Shown piece by piece: positions 1-11,735 of a stretch of DNA of 64,000 nt. Source of the stretch: Vicugna vicugna (Eukaryota); assembly GCA_013265495.1 (NCBI GenBank), contig MU061560.1, positions 372,001-436,000 on the forward strand, written 5' to 3'. Under the pieces are notes generated by a model that did no database searches, was not told the origin of the DNA, and saw only the letters and a program-made list of their open reading frames with translations. A program made the position numbers and the translations under genes. How positions within the stretch are numbered: position 1 is the stretch's first letter; the number at the start of each line of letters is the position of its first letter.

Positions 1-1679
1 GTGACTTCTTACTACACGTGATGTCCCTTCTGAGCACCTCACTTTTAGAGGATTGTGCACAAACTGGACTGTGGTCAGAGAGCAGAAAGGACGCCGAGGA
101 AGGCTGAAATCGTGTCCCGTGAGGAAGAGCTTGGACTACCTGGCCTGATGAAAACCCAGGGGACAGGAATCGTTTTCCTGGTAAAGTGTGGAGCATCTCC
201 TGGAGTTTCTGGTCATGATGGAACGACACATGGAAAACAAGATCTCATGATATGGTTGGGGTGCACTAGTGCTCAAGTCTGGAAAAACCAGGGGCTGGGG
301 CACAGGCCATTCCGTAGAAGACTGTGTGTCACAAAGGGCTGCAGCTCTGTGTCCCTGAGAGCATCTGGGCACTGAGGAAGCCGCCCTGCAGCCCCACGTG
401 GTCCTCGCCACCTCCCACCACGGCCACCCAAGCCACGTGTGGAGCCAGAAACATAGAGGTGTCCCTGGCCTCCTTCGTCTGGAGACCCTCTCCCAGCTCA
501 GACGGCCACGTGGGCTCATGGACTCCCGAAGGCACTGACTCTCAGAAAAGTGGTTAATTTTCTAAATTGCATTGGAAATTTTAAAAATAGGAGAAGCTGG
601 AGGGAAAACCATAGGACAAGACTTTCCCTGCCAGTGAGATTCATGAGTTTCAGCGATCTCTTTATAAAAACTGGATATTATCCCCATTCCTGCTTTGTGT
701 TTTAGAGGTAATTGGTGACCTTCAAGTGACTGTCAGTGGTCTGATGACGTTCTCACGTGTTCCTTTGACCATGTGACCCTGATATTTTGTAGCGGTAGCT
801 GGTGTAGATTTGAGAGGCAACCAGAGAAGCGAGTGTAAAGCAGGCCTTAGTATCAGAAAAGTCTCAGCTGAAATCCTTCCTCCGCCACTTCCTGGCTGTG
901 TGACCTTGGGCAAGTTAGCACGTATGGTGATCATATTAATTGAATCAGCAAACGTTTGTGGACGACCTACGGTGAGGCCAAGCTCTGTGTTTGTTTCTGG
1001 TGGGAGAGGTCACGAAAAATGTTAGAAAAAAAAAACTGTTGCAGGATACATGCAATTTTGATATCGTCCCATAGATCAAAAATACTTACTTTCCTCATAA
1101 TAAGGATACTGCAAATAACCACTCCAGAGTGTTGCTAAGACTCAAAACTGATATAAAGTTCCTAGGAGAACTTACATCATGTTGATTCACCAAATAATTT
1201 CTTTCCTTCTTTCTCTTTTTTTGACCTTCCTTTCTACTCGAGGCCTTTGTTTGGGGAAGAATGTCACAAGGAGACTCTTCATGGATATATCAAGATGGAC
1301 ATAAGATGCTTTCAGCAATAACATGGCTTTTTCATCCCTGCCCTTGAGGCATGAACAGTCTCTTGAGTATGCGATGACATTTTCAGGCCTGTGACCTTGT
1401 AATATTAATGTACAGTGTTACCTAATTCAGTTCTGAGAATTTCAAGTGAATGCTTTACTTTTATAAAATATTCTATTCCTACTAGTAGAGGCCATAAACA
1501 GTTTATAGTTGACAAGAAGTTCTGCTAATTCGTTTTTTCAGGTGTACAGCCTAGATGTCACAACCTCCAGGAAGCATTTCCTGACCGCTTCGGTTACTTA
1601 ATTATTTCTGCTCTGAGATTCCCTGCATTTCCCTATTATGGGAAGCAATGCAGTGATGTGTCTGTGAAGTTCAGTTCAG

Positions 1680-1860
1680 CCCTTGGGTCATATAGTTCTG
1701 GATTCATATTCCAGCGCTACCTCTTAGTGAACTTTGGGAAGTTACTTAACCTAGGTCCCCCTTTCCTCATCCATAAATTGGGATTAATAAAAAAAGGTTA
1801 AAGGAGAACGTGCATATTAAGTGCCTGGCGCATGGTAAGCAACGACTAAGTGCTAGGTGT
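1680..1860 (+). mobile_element. MIR SINE
   Basis: It contains the MIR core (ctttgggaagttacttaacct...tttcctcatccataaattgggattaataa...gtgcctggcgcatggtaagc). Boundaries are approximate. Confidence 0.7.
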
Positions 1861-1862
1861 GG

Positions 1863-1950
1863 CCATCATCACCATCACCGCCATCACCGCCATCACCACC
1901 ATCATCACCACCATCATCACCACCATCTCCACCATCTCCACCATCACCGT
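1863..1950 (+). repeat. Imperfect (CAC/CAT)n trinucleotide repeat at the MIR tail
   Basis: A directly visible run of ~29 triplets (catcaccatcaccgccatcacc...). Confidence 0.9.
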
Positions 1951-2770
1951 CGTGACACTTTGTTTGTTGAATCTGCTTGTCTTCCCCAGTGGACCAGGGA
2001 TCCTGTCTTCTCTGTTTTCCTTTTATCCCTACTGCCTAACACAGTTTCCTACACATAATGGGAGTTTAGTAACTTGATTGCTGAACGGTTGAGATGAAAT
2101 TTTGGTGCCCCCAGGTGACAGCAGTGGCATCTGAGGTTCTGAAATGCCTCCTCCTTAAGTCACATCATTCTCATCTTTTATGCCCTCAAAAGCGATGAAA
2201 TGAGGCCTGGTTTCTTCGAGAGCGAGTCTACCAGTGTAGACCCTGCACAGAGCAGGCGAGATCGTGTAAAGCCCCCAGCAGCTCAGAGCTGGGCGTTTTC
2301 TCAGTCTGCCAGCCCACCCCTTTCATTTTACAAAGTACACGCTAAACACACATTGCGCTGCTCGGCTGTGTTTAGCCAAGTCCGTGATTGGAGGGCTGTC
2401 GATCCCAGAAAAGGGGTTTAGAAGACAGTTGAGTCAGAGCAACACACTTATTTTTCAAATTTCTTTTTTTAAAACCTGTCACCACCTTATCTACAGAATT
2501 TGTTTTTGTTCCTTAAGAATAACACTTAGCCAAATAGTTGTACATAATAAATACAAAATAATAATAATAATTAGCCGAGATGATGTAACTTCTAAAGAGG
2601 AAAAAACTGGTACTCAATACAAATGTAAGGAATCTCCCCCACAGAGTAAACAGTTCATTAAGAGAGTGCATTGTGGTCCTGCTCAACTGATTTCTAAATT
2701 TCATCACAAAGCATATTTCAAATGAATGATAATCTGACTGCATTGGCCAAAAAAAAAAAAAAAAAGAAAT

Positions 2771-2773
<3 letters not shown>

Positions 2774-2802
<29 letters not shown>
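2774..2802. repeat. (CA)n microsatellite next to a poly(A) run
   Basis: Directly visible. Confidence 0.9.
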
Positions 2803-2805
<3 letters not shown>

Positions 2806-4770
2806 CCAAAAAACTTTCCAATTTGAGTGAGAGATGGAAAAGAACTTGAACCGTGTAAACACTCTAATTACTCTAATTCTAGGGTTTATCATTCATTACA
2901 CAGAGGTCAAAACTTTGCTATAGAAGAGCTTTATTTATACCCTTCCTGGCAACATAGGAAAGACAGGCCAGATTCCAGAGTCATCGCCCAAGTGTTCATG
3001 CGCATTTGTATTCATTGCATTTACCCAAACACAACATAAGAGGGCAGCACACACCTGGTTAACTTAAAATTGCGGGTCTGGTGACCATGTCAAAGTGGTT
3101 GTTTACATTAGCCCAGCGATTCCTAAATTATCACTTACACAGGAGAGCTGTTGGAAAAGATACAAAGAGCATAAAGGAATTCACCCTTTAAGACTCTTGA
3201 GTTTCTACAAAAGGAAATCACTGAGCTACTCAAGCTGCAAAATGGGAAAACAGACTTAAAGAAAAAAATAAAAAGAGTTCTCCAAAGCTAAGGAAATGGA
3301 AATATTTGTTATATCTGAAAGACTTTTACTGTGTATGATCACCTGAATACCAGCTACTCAACGAGAATCAGATCTCACTTCTATTACAATGCAATAATTC
3401 ATGTTGCTCTGCGACAAATACCACCTTATAAAAGGGTCTCTTCAGCGATGACTGTTCTCTTGAATGAACCTGAGACAAGCCTGTCTTACATTCTTCTTTG
3501 TAACAGAGACAGCTTCAGTGTGTTCCCAATGTCTTGCACAACACATCAACAATTTTCATGAATTTCGGTATACTGAAGGTGTATGAGCAGGTTTTGCTCT
3601 AATAAGAGAATATGTTGGGTTTAGAGCAAGGGAGACTTAGATACAAGCCTTTGAATGTAAATTTCAGTAAAGGCATTAATTCGAGGCTGTAAATCCAGAA
3701 TTTCTGATAATTTGGCTTAAATATTATCTATCTAACATACAGGGAAAGAGGTTTGCTAAGCAAATGCATAGTCTAGGCAGTAGCAAGGGGAAATGCCACA
3801 ATTATTTACGAACAGCTGACTTTTTAAGTCTAATTCCAACTTTTTTGCAAAATCTTTTTGTAGGAATAGAATGTGTCCATTTCTAACCAGCTTCACAGGT
3901 GATTCTAGTTTATCAGCCTGATACCAGTGAACAGGTCGCTCTTTGATTAGTTTAAAACACCCAGCCCGTGGCCTTTCTTAGAGTAGATGATTGACATAAC
4001 TGATCAGCTAAAGCATGGATTTTTACCAGCTAGCACGTTGTCAAGCTAGCACGAGTTATATTATGTGACTTTAAAATGGCAAAAATAAAAGTGGATTTCC
4101 CATTCAGGTTAGCTTTTCTCCATCAGTCCAAGTTACTAACAGTTTATTTTATATATATGTATATATATATACACATATATATAAAATAAACATTCTAAGA
4201 TTTCTGACAGTTCTTGCTTTTGATAAATAAAGTCTATTTTCAGAAAACTGCAGAGATGATTTCCTTCTCTGACATCCTTCTATTAATCATGAGAATCTCT
4301 GGTTTTTGCACGCTTTTCTCAAGGTCCCTATGAGACTGACAATATGCCCATGTGTCTGACAATAAAGTCAATTATCTGAATACGTTCCATTTGGAATAGC
4401 GACTCTAAGTGCTGAGCAAGTAGCTACCACCATGTTCAAGTTCAGAACTTGAAGCAATTTCATTACGTTAATAGATCCTGTATTTTTAGATATGTCCAAA
4501 TACCAAATATGAATGGCCACATAGGTCCTAATGACTTGAGAGATCTCACTACAAATTTTGAGTCACTAATTTTTAAATGCTGTGTCTAGTTAAGAAAAAA
4601 GTCTTGTTTTTCCTAATGGCATCATTCAAAAAAAAAAAAAGGCTTAACCCCGTTTCTGTGTGAACGCACATTCCTCACTAAATCTCGCAGGCAACTGCTT
4701 AAGTCGCCGTTACTAACACGTGGCTCTGTCATCTCTTTGTATACGTGTCTAATTTATCAGTTTCTTATAG

Positions 4771-4846
4771 ATTGTCAGCAGCCTGCTGCCTCCGTACCGC
4801 CACAGTGCTCACAACTAGCCGGGAGGCAAGACTGCCCGACTGTCAG
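4771..4846 (+). CDS. BICD1: BICD1 penultimate exon (76 nt), coding in two reading frames
   Basis: The acceptor is tttcttatag|ATT and the donor is GTCAG|gtaaat. The phase-1 frame reads (D)CQQPAASVPPQCSQLAGRQDCPTV(S), matching the recalled C-terminal region of long BICD1. The phase-0 frame reads IVSSLLPPYRHSAHN* (TAG 4816-4818), matching the recalled C-terminus of the short (~835 aa) isoform. Confidence 0.93.
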
Positions 4847-5311
4847 GTAAATTCAGACATCCTTTCTCTTCCCACCCAGCTGCATGTCAGATCCATAGAC
4901 TCCAAGCTTTCCCTTCTCGCATCGTGACTGCCGATACGTGATTACATTTGCCACGTTTTATTTCCAACACGGGTTGTACGAAACACGCATTGGATACCTG
5001 GAGCCCACATGTGCCCAGTGGAAGTACAAGGGACCTAGAGTGTATTTCAAAAGCCACCAGCTGGTGGACTAAAGGCTGCCTTCAGCTCCCTCGTGTGAGT
5101 AAACACTTGGGTCAGTCCAGCGTTTCATTACTTTCCAAAATAGAAAACCTGGAATTGTTCGGATGTTTGTCTTTTGTCTCCTTGGAGTATCTTTCTCAGA
5201 CAAACAATCAGGAAGGGTATAAAGCATACCTCATGTCTGGTCCAAGACAACTTTATGAAAGTGTTTCTGTTTTCTGTCCACGTAGGGCCCTCATTAAAAC
5301 TGAAATTGGGG

Positions 5312-5432
5312 TGGGAGGGTATAGCTCAAGTGGTAGAGCACACGCTTAGCATGCATGAGGTCCTGGGTTCAATCCCCAGTACTTCCTCTAATAATAAATC
5401 AATGAACAAACCTAAATACCACCCCCCCAAAG
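5312..5432 (+). mobile_element. tRNA-derived SINE (camelid Vic-type)
   Basis: It has a tRNA-like head (gggagggtatagctcaagtggtagagc...gggttcaatcccc, with A and B boxes) followed by the family tail aaacctaa(t)tacc-cccccc-aaa. Confidence 0.85.
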
Positions 5433-5512
5433 AAATTGAAAGGTGGAAAAAACCTTGTAATGGGCATTCAGGAAATTGCAGTGGTAGTGCCCTTTAAGAT
5501 TAACTGAAGAAT

Positions 5513-5670
5513 TTTAATGTTTACTTATTTTTTAATTAATTTTTTAGTTAACTTTAGGGGGTGGTAATGAGGTTTATTCATCTATTTATTTAATGGAGGT
5601 ACCGGGGCCTGAACCTAGGACCTCGTGCATGCTAGGCATGCGCTCTACCACTGAGCCATACTCTCCCCAC
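5513..5670 (-). mobile_element. tRNA-derived SINE (Vic-type), antisense
   Basis: Reverse-complement SINE body with a perfect 12-bp TSD taactgaagaat at 5501-5512 and 5671-5682. Confidence 0.9.
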
Positions 5671-7299
5671 TAACTGAAGAATCTCAAAGGCTGGTTTACA
5701 TACTGCCTGGACACTACACTGGAGAGTTTGCTAAACAATTTCTGTTCCAATGAAAGCTTTGCGAATCCATCATGAATTTATCTTCATCCTGGGCCAGCTT
5801 CCACACAGCATCAGAGCAACCCCATCGGGACCTCATTATTTTCTTGTAATCCTTCATCTCCAGTTATTTGGCCTCTGATGGTGCCAGGCTTTTATAGTCT
5901 GGTTGTGGCTTTTATAGCCTGCTTGTTGTTCCCTCCTTATTTTAATATGGCCATTGCTTTTCTACCAGAGCAAGGCTCCTTTTGAGTAGAGACAGTCCCA
6001 TATATACTTCCATGCATGTCTGAGAGGCACACGTCAGAGGCAGGTGCATGTGGTCACGGGTTAGAGCCAGAGACTTGGGGAGCCCGCAAGTCCTCCCCAG
6101 AAACACAGCAGCAGCCAAACCCCAGTGTGACTTTGTCCCTGAGGTGGCTGTGCAGCCAGCTGTTTAAGTGGGACACCAAGTTAGCAGGAAAAAGAATGTG
6201 ATTAATAGGCCCCAAGCCACTGCCTCCTGATTGATGTCTCAGTCTGCCGTGCCCACCACTTCCAGCAACAGGGTTTTTATTCCAGGAAGGTCCTTCACTC
6301 ATTGATGAATGCTATTTTATAACAGCAGCCAACTGTAGAGTAATTTCAATTTTTAAGTAACTAAATACAATTATAAATGCTCATATCCATCCCACTGGGA
6401 TTCTGTGTGTGTGGTGCACAAGCACATGGGCTCTTAACCTACAGTACGTTCTCCGCGAAGCACCCGCAGCCCTCCCAGAGCCGGGGACGGTGCCAGGCAC
6501 ACGACAGAAGTCCAGTCACTTGACTGCTTGAGTGGATGGCTCTGGGGTCAGATGGCTTGGCTTTTAGTCCCACCTGTGTGATCCTGGACGGCTGCTTTTG
6601 GGGGCTAAGATTCTGTTCTTGACTCTTAATGAGAGAGGCTGGGTACTGGGGAAGGTTCGGCGAGGCACAGGCCTGGCCCGTGGTGTGTTGTCAGTGTCTG
6701 TCCTGACTACTAACTGCCCTTAGTACCTAACCACTCCTCAAGACCGAGATCTGCAGTGTCTTTCATAACCTCTCTCGTTTGCTAGGACAAAGAGTGGAGA
6801 AGGCTACTGTTTTAGATGTTTCAGTTAGATAAGAAATGGAAAGGCTAATGAGGAATCATTTGAAGATTAATTTTTTTTCACCTTTTTTTTTTTGAGAACC
6901 AGTTTGACTAAACGATTATGTGCCCCACTTACGTATCTTCCGAGATTACTGGATTTAGGTTGGTTGCTACTTCCACACGGATGATTGACTTTAAAGGAAA
7001 GCAGTTTAATGAATTACAGATGTTTCTTGTTTCTACTCACATGAATACAGCCTGGTCCAGAGCAGGTGTCCGCTGACCCTCCCTGTGGTCCACACAGAGA
7101 AATGATAACATACAGAGAGACCTGAGAAGACTCCCCTTTGCAGAGTCACTAGGATGATGGCTGGCTTCCTTCCCACTCACGCCCACTGCCAAACGTACCG
7201 AACTTAATGCCCTCACTGCCCTCTTCACTTCTTCCTGGCAAGAAGTTAATACATAGCCAACCTTCGTGTTCTTCCTGTGCACCAGACACCGGTTAAATT

Positions 7300-7440
7300 C
7301 TCTACACTTATTAATGGTTACAGTTCCTCTAAGGCAAGCGGCCATTAGACTCATTTTTAAATGAGGAAACCAAGATCTGAGGACGTAAAATAATTTGTCC
7401 ACGGTCACCCATCCTGAAAGCAGTGGATCCCAGTGACTTA
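7300..7440 (-). mobile_element. MIR SINE
   Basis: It contains the reversed MIR core cattttt-aaatgaggaaaccaagatctgagga...aatttgtccacggtcac. Boundaries are approximate. Confidence 0.6.
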
Positions 7441-7567
7441 GCAGCTTTTCTCCTAACCATCCCCATACACCACTGCACTGCAAGGGGGCCCACCACCTGC
7501 CCCCTGCCCCATTAGTGATACTGTGAGGAGCAAAGTCAGAGAGTATTTAAATCAGCCATGTTGACTC

Positions 7568-7699
7568 TTTTTGGGGCAGGGAGGTAATTCAGTTTATTGA
7601 TTATATTGTTTTTTAATTTCACGGAGGTACTGGGGATTGAACCTATGACCTCGTGCATGTTAAGCATGGTGCTCTGCCGCTGAGCTAGACCCCACCCCC
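7568..7699 (-). mobile_element. tRNA-derived SINE (Vic-type), antisense
   Basis: It reads ggaggtactggggattgaacc...gacctcgtgcatg...ctgagctagacccc, with a diverged TSD ccatgttgactc / ccacgctggctc. Confidence 0.85.
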
Positions 7700-9629
7700 A
7701 CCACGCTGGCTCGTTATCCCTGAATCGAGAAGGAAAGTTTATTTAATGAGAAACAAAAGGTGCTAAGAATGTTGAGTGACTTCAGGTTGGATGTTTTCTA
7801 TCCCTATGTCTCACTATAAAAATTGTTTTATACTGCCTTCAACTTACACATAGATTAAAACTAAAATTTTAGGCCTATAGCTTTGCATAAAAGAGCATTT
7901 GTCACTTTTGAAAATGGAGAACTTTTCCATATATGCTTTTTACAGACTGATTCCACTGTAGAGACCAATTTTTAAGGTTGTTTATAGATACCAGATATCA
8001 TGATATGAAAAGAAATGCCCAGTGTGTTGCAGCCTTGGGTGTAATATTTTATATATATATATATATTTGGTATTTAATACCTTTCCATTTCTATCAAGTA
8101 ATTGCTTACTTGGAAAAGAAAAGAAATTTTCTGAAGATATATCCATTTTCATATTTTAATAGCGATGGTTTCCTAACCCTACTGTTTACAACGTGGTCTG
8201 CTACAGAACAGAGGCTCTTAAATGCAAAGGATGAAGGACGAGCGGGTGTCTGAAGGTATTTAGCAATCAGAACTGAGGCAGAATTCATCCAATCCCTATT
8301 TAAGGTTAGATTAGATTAGGATTAATCAAATCCAGTATTTACATTTAAGAAGTGATTCCTTAATTGGTAAGCCAAAAGATATGCTTCTGTCACATGAAAC
8401 ACACAGGGCACTTGCATTTTATGTAAATTTAAAACAGTAATGCTAGAATATGAACTATTTATAACCTCTCACTTTATGTAAGAAATCTGAAATAATGCAG
8501 AAAACGTTAAAACATCGTGAATGACAATGTGTTGGGCCAAGTAGCCGTAACCTGTGTTCAAGCCATCGCTGCACACTTCCAGCTGGTCACACAGAGATGA
8601 GTGTCTTCCCTCCTCTCTGAACCCCATGGGGCCTTCAAACACAGCCCTCTTGTGCAGGGTGACCACCCTGTGCTGCTTGCTGTTAACTTAGGTTGAAAAA
8701 CATGTTTCGCCCCCTAAAAAGAAACTCGTTCTAAATCATGCAGATTTAACGGGAAGAAACTCAGTTAGGTCTGTGGGAAAGTCTGTCAGCAGCTTTATTT
8801 CCCAGGCCATCTGACTCTGCCATGCAATATTTTCTTAGTTCTTGCGTTGAACCTCCAGCTTTCCCTTGTTCACCTAGCACATTTTAAAAATAGACAGGAA
8901 AAATCATTTTTAGCACTGGGTGTTCTAACTAGTACAGAAGAGTATATCTCCTTTTAAACTAAATTTATAGCAGTTCAAATAGTTTGGGAAGTAAAGGTGA
9001 CCCCAAGCAGAGCAGTATTGTACATATTTATCATTTCTGTATTAAAATTCAAGAGATATACATGAAGGCTAATTTCAGCACCAAAATTATTTGTTTAATG
9101 TTCATTTTTAGTAATTTCAATGATAGTATTAGCTTTAAAAACTGATTAAATTAATAATAATAATAATAATAAACTTTTAATAGTTTTCTCAAATAACACT
9201 CCTGGCAGAAATGAATTCTATGGTATTGAGTTTCAAAGTACAAAGGAAAGAAGCAGAGTTTTAGGAAAATGCCAGTCTATTTCAATTAAAAAATAAAAAA
9301 ATCCCCGTAGTGTGATTTCCCCCTTACTTGTCACGTTTTGAACGGTCTGAACCCGAATGTGCTCTGTAGTGTTACATTAGGAAATTCCATACATTTGCTT
9401 CCTTATTCTTCAAGATTAATCATCAGGCCTCTGAAGAGCCCGAGCATTCCTGTGTGCATTTAAACTGGAGGCTCTCAGAAGTCATTTTGGAAGTCTGCGT
9501 GACATACCTGCTTTTCTGTCCTTTACGTTACCAAGCTAAAGCAGGTAGGGGGAGGAACCCTTAGACAAACTAGATTTCCACGGGCAAGTTCGTTAGCCTG
9601 CTGGATCTGGGTCTACCAGAGAACTGTGG

Positions 9630-9772
9630 CACTATTTAAAGCCTTGGTCCCGCACGTCCGTGTCCCTGGGAGCTTGTTAGAAATGCAGATTCTCAGGTCC
9701 CACCCAGCCCCACTGAATCAGAATCACTCCCCCAGATGACTGGTGGACACACTTAAGTTGGTAAAGAACTGA
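9630..9772. mobile_element. MER5A-like hAT-Charlie MITE
   Basis: It contains the characteristic ctgggagcttgttagaaatgcagattctcaggtcccaccc...ctgaatcagaa. Confidence 0.7.
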
Positions 9773-10060
9773 GCTGAAGAAATCTTGCAGCTAACCCAGA
9801 GACCTAGGGAAACGAGACTGTGCAAAACCTTACAAAAAGTGACCGCAGGGAGGAGTCCACATATTTCCCTAGAGCGTTGCATTTTTCTTTTTTTTTTTCC
9901 TGCATTGTTTGGAAGAGCCACAGTTGTCTTAGCATGCTTTCGATTTGAGCCATTTTCTGTGCAAAACTTCTGCAAATATAGTGCACCTGTGGAACCCTTA
10001 GCATGGTGCCTCGCCCCTTGTAAGTGTGTTTCCTGCTGACACCCTGTTTCTTGTTTTCAG

Positions 10061-10148
10061 TCCTGACACAGCTGTCCCCGAGGAGCAGCCACACCCCAGC
10101 TCCCAGTGCGCCCCTCTCCACTGTCTCTCCAAGCCTCCTCACCCCTAG
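10061..10148 (+). CDS. BICD1: BICD1 terminal exon, coding part (long isoform)
   Basis: The acceptor is ttcttgttttcag|TCC. The 88 nt read (S)PDTAVPEEQPHPSSQCAPLHCLSKPPHP*, in phase with the 4771-4846 exon and matching the recalled BICD1 C-terminus ...APLHCLSKPPHP. Confidence 0.93.
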
Positions 10149-11014
10149 TCTTCGCCCCCCCCGCCGACGAACACCTGGGGCCATCATTTTGTAGCCACAC
10201 ACAGGATACTGCCCAAGATCCACGGGGTGTTTTCTTCTCGGTGGTTAGATGTTGGATCGGATTAACGTCCATCATTTTGGAAAGATGGGAGAAAGTGGAG
10301 AAGATTAACACAAAGCACAGACTCCGGTGTGATGAAACAGTCTATGGTTTCTCTAAGTCCCAGCTACACGTCTGCAATCAAATGGCTTCAGTTCAGTTTA
10401 AATCCAAACAAAATGAAATAGGAAATATGTATCTCAGATGGCTGGCTTTTACCTCGATAGCATGAGAGAGACCTAAGACAATGTAAAAATACATATATTG
10501 TAAAATCCCCTTTCCTCATCCTTCAAATTCAGCTAGAGGAGTTGATTCTAATATTTTTGGTCATCGCTATTTATTTTGTATTTTATTTGCCACATGATTT
10601 ATGTCTATAAAAATCATTTCAGTGAGAAGTGAACTTCACTTATTTTTCAAGACACGTATTTTGCTCAGTTAAGTGTGAGTTTTAATTTCATTGGAAATCT
10701 GGAATTGGCCCAGGCTGTGGTCATTCTTCCTGCACAAAATGCTAAATGAGGTGCATCGGAATGTTAACCGGAACTGGATTTTGCTGCTACACTGATAGTC
10801 ATTCTGCACTTACTTTAATCAGTAGCTCATTAACTGCTGGGTTTTTGTTTTTGTTTTTGTTTTTGTTTTTTAAACTATTATTCTTCACTGGATGTTATTA
10901 AGTAAATCTAAAAAAAGAGACTATGTTATGATTCATTGACTTATTCAACTTTTGACGGCATCTTTAATTTTTTTTTTTAATTGCAGACAATTAGTTGCCC
11001 TGGTGCTGCTCCTT

Positions 11015-11051
11015 TGTGTGTGTGTGTATGTGTGTGTGTGTGTGAGTGTGA
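11015..11051. repeat. (TG)n microsatellite in the BICD1 3'UTR
   Basis: Directly visible. Confidence 0.9.
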
Positions 11052-11735
11052 GTTGATGTTAAAGAAGGCTAAATAACCTGAAGGGAAAAAACAATGGTGT
11101 GTTTATTTAATGACAACAGAATTTTTGTTTACTTTTCCCACATTCAGGGTCCTACTATGAGTCTTTCCTGCTACAAGGTATCAAGTACAAATGAGAAAAT
11201 ATATACATATGTAGTTGTAAGTCAGCCTTTGGTTAATTAATTTATCCAGAAAGTGTTCAAATTTTGATTAATATTGTATGTTTTGTTGTTAGGTTTTTTT
11301 GCATAATGAATCCTCCTTGCCAAAAAACAACAGGGGATGAACATTAGCTCACTGTCTACTTTTGACAAACACTCAGGTGCCTACAAGCATTATATTATAT
11401 TGAGATAATACATGTTCCTAGTTAATTTACAGATTCTGCTGGGTAACTTTGATGACTTAATTTAAGGCAGTGGATTTTCATAGCAAAATTTATTTCGCAC
11501 ATAACCTGACAAACAAGGAAAACAGCTAACTGAGCTGAAAGGTCTAACGCTCTCGGGCTCCTTAACTGTGCTGCCCACACACCTGCTCCTAGCCCTGATT
11601 CCTTGTCTAGTCAGGTAGCCTTAACTTGTTTAAAACCAGGACAGTTGACCTTTTCATGTAATGATAACCTGTAACTTCTCTTTGAAACAAACAGTCCTCA
11701 CTATTAACACAAAAGGTAGTTAACAAGCAGGGCTT

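Noticed and set aside
1810..2058. Poly-histidine ORF (82 aa)
   Set aside because: It is the translation of a (CAC/CAT)n repeat at a MIR tail inside a BICD1 intron. It has a GTG start and no splice or homology support.
5312..5385. tRNA-like sequences here and at 11736, 25800 and the antisense copies
   Set aside because: They are SINE heads. All carry the same non-tRNA tail, A-rich ends and TSDs, and they are mutually diverged.
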